Assembly (NCBI GenBank): GCA_022795675.1
Contig: JAAWHY010000020.1
Location: 1-15,768, forward strand
Length of the DNA stretch: 15,768 nt
Origin: Clostridia bacterium
GTDB taxonomy: Bacteria; Bacillota; Clostridia; TANB77; CAG-508
Direction of reading: 5' to 3'
Below are positions 15,545 through 15,768 of the stretch, in pieces. Under the pieces are notes generated by a model that was given only the letters and a program-made list of their open reading frames with translations, did no database searches and was not told the DNA's origin. A program made the translations under genes and the position numbers. Within the stretch, counting starts at the first letter, position 1, and the number at the start of each line of letters is the position of its first letter.

Positions 15545-15768
15545 TTATATCATTGGAAAATTTGGTCCTCCTGGGAAATTTGGTCCAGGTCTCATTGGTG
15601 GCCTTCCTGGTCTTCTTCTTAATAATTCTTTTATTATTAAAATTCTTATTAAATCTCTTAATAGGAAATTGTTTTGTCTTGGTTCCTCCACAATCTCCGA
15701 CTGGATGCTTCCGTCTTTGTTCACGGTAATAAATGTGCCGGTGTCTTCTTCTTTCTCATTTCCACAGG
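15545..15768 (-). CDS. Partial 3' end of an unidentified ORF that starts beyond the window. The C-terminus is Pro/Gly-rich (..RRRPGRPPMRPGPNFPGGPNFPMI*).
   Basis: The frame is open from the window edge to a TAA at 15545-15547 (74 codons) and a hairpin terminator follows. It is not in the supplied track, which appears to list only ORFs that begin at a start codon. Codon usage is mixed and the identity is unknown. Confidence 0.3.
   Translation of the reverse strand, partial: CGNEKEEDTGTFITVNKDGSIQSEIVEEPRQNNFLLRDLIRILIIKELLRRRPGRPPMRPGPNFPGGPNFPMI

Noticed and set aside
1-15768. A CRISPR array, tRNA or rRNA genes, and transposase, integrase or phage genes.
   Set aside because: There are no regularly spaced direct repeats, no tRNA-like GTTCGAATC arms and no recombinase motifs in any frame. 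The only repeats are the thrS-flanking elements and the in-gene floT tandem repeats.

Overview
This window is AT-rich, low-G+C Firmicutes-type chromosomal DNA with strong GGAGG-type ribosome-binding sites, ATA/AGA/TTA codon preference and a T-box leader. It is mostly ordinary housekeeping genes, and every confident gene but one lies on the minus strand. Reading right to left on that strand:

- a partial C-terminal ORF at the window edge
- thrS behind a threonine T-box riboswitch
- pgsA, ligA and a small coupled ORF
- zupT
- a CNNM/CorC-type 'hemolysin' gene, a cardiolipin synthase and a nicotinamidase-like hydrolase
- the rpsF-ssb-rpsR operon
- a PflX-like radical SAM gene
- a 569-aa flotillin gene

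One uncharacterised membrane-protein gene (12300-13025) is transcribed divergently from pgsA on the plus strand.

Three things deserve a second look:

1. The flotillin gene has clearly foreign, higher-G+C codon usage (CGT/CTG/ATC/GGT instead of AGA/TTA/ATA/GGA). It looks like a horizontally acquired orphan floT with no nfeD partner, driven by a native-looking consensus promoter.
2. A family of G+C-rich structured repeat elements is clustered around thrS. Two near-identical copies (core AGGGCACAGTGGTGTCAC ... GGTATTCCCRCAAAYGGTGCCCCTAC) bracket the gene. One abuts the stop codon. The other sits between the T-box terminator and the RBS and carries a perfect 27-bp palindrome. Two smaller GTAGGG-prefixed G+C hairpins lie nearby.
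3. thrS lacks most of the N-terminal TGS domain.

I found no CRISPR array, transposase, integrase, tRNA or rRNA. The non-coding left end (1-530) holds a terminator for floT plus unexplained palindromic structure. I could not run any database search or computation, so the G+C statements are by-eye estimates.
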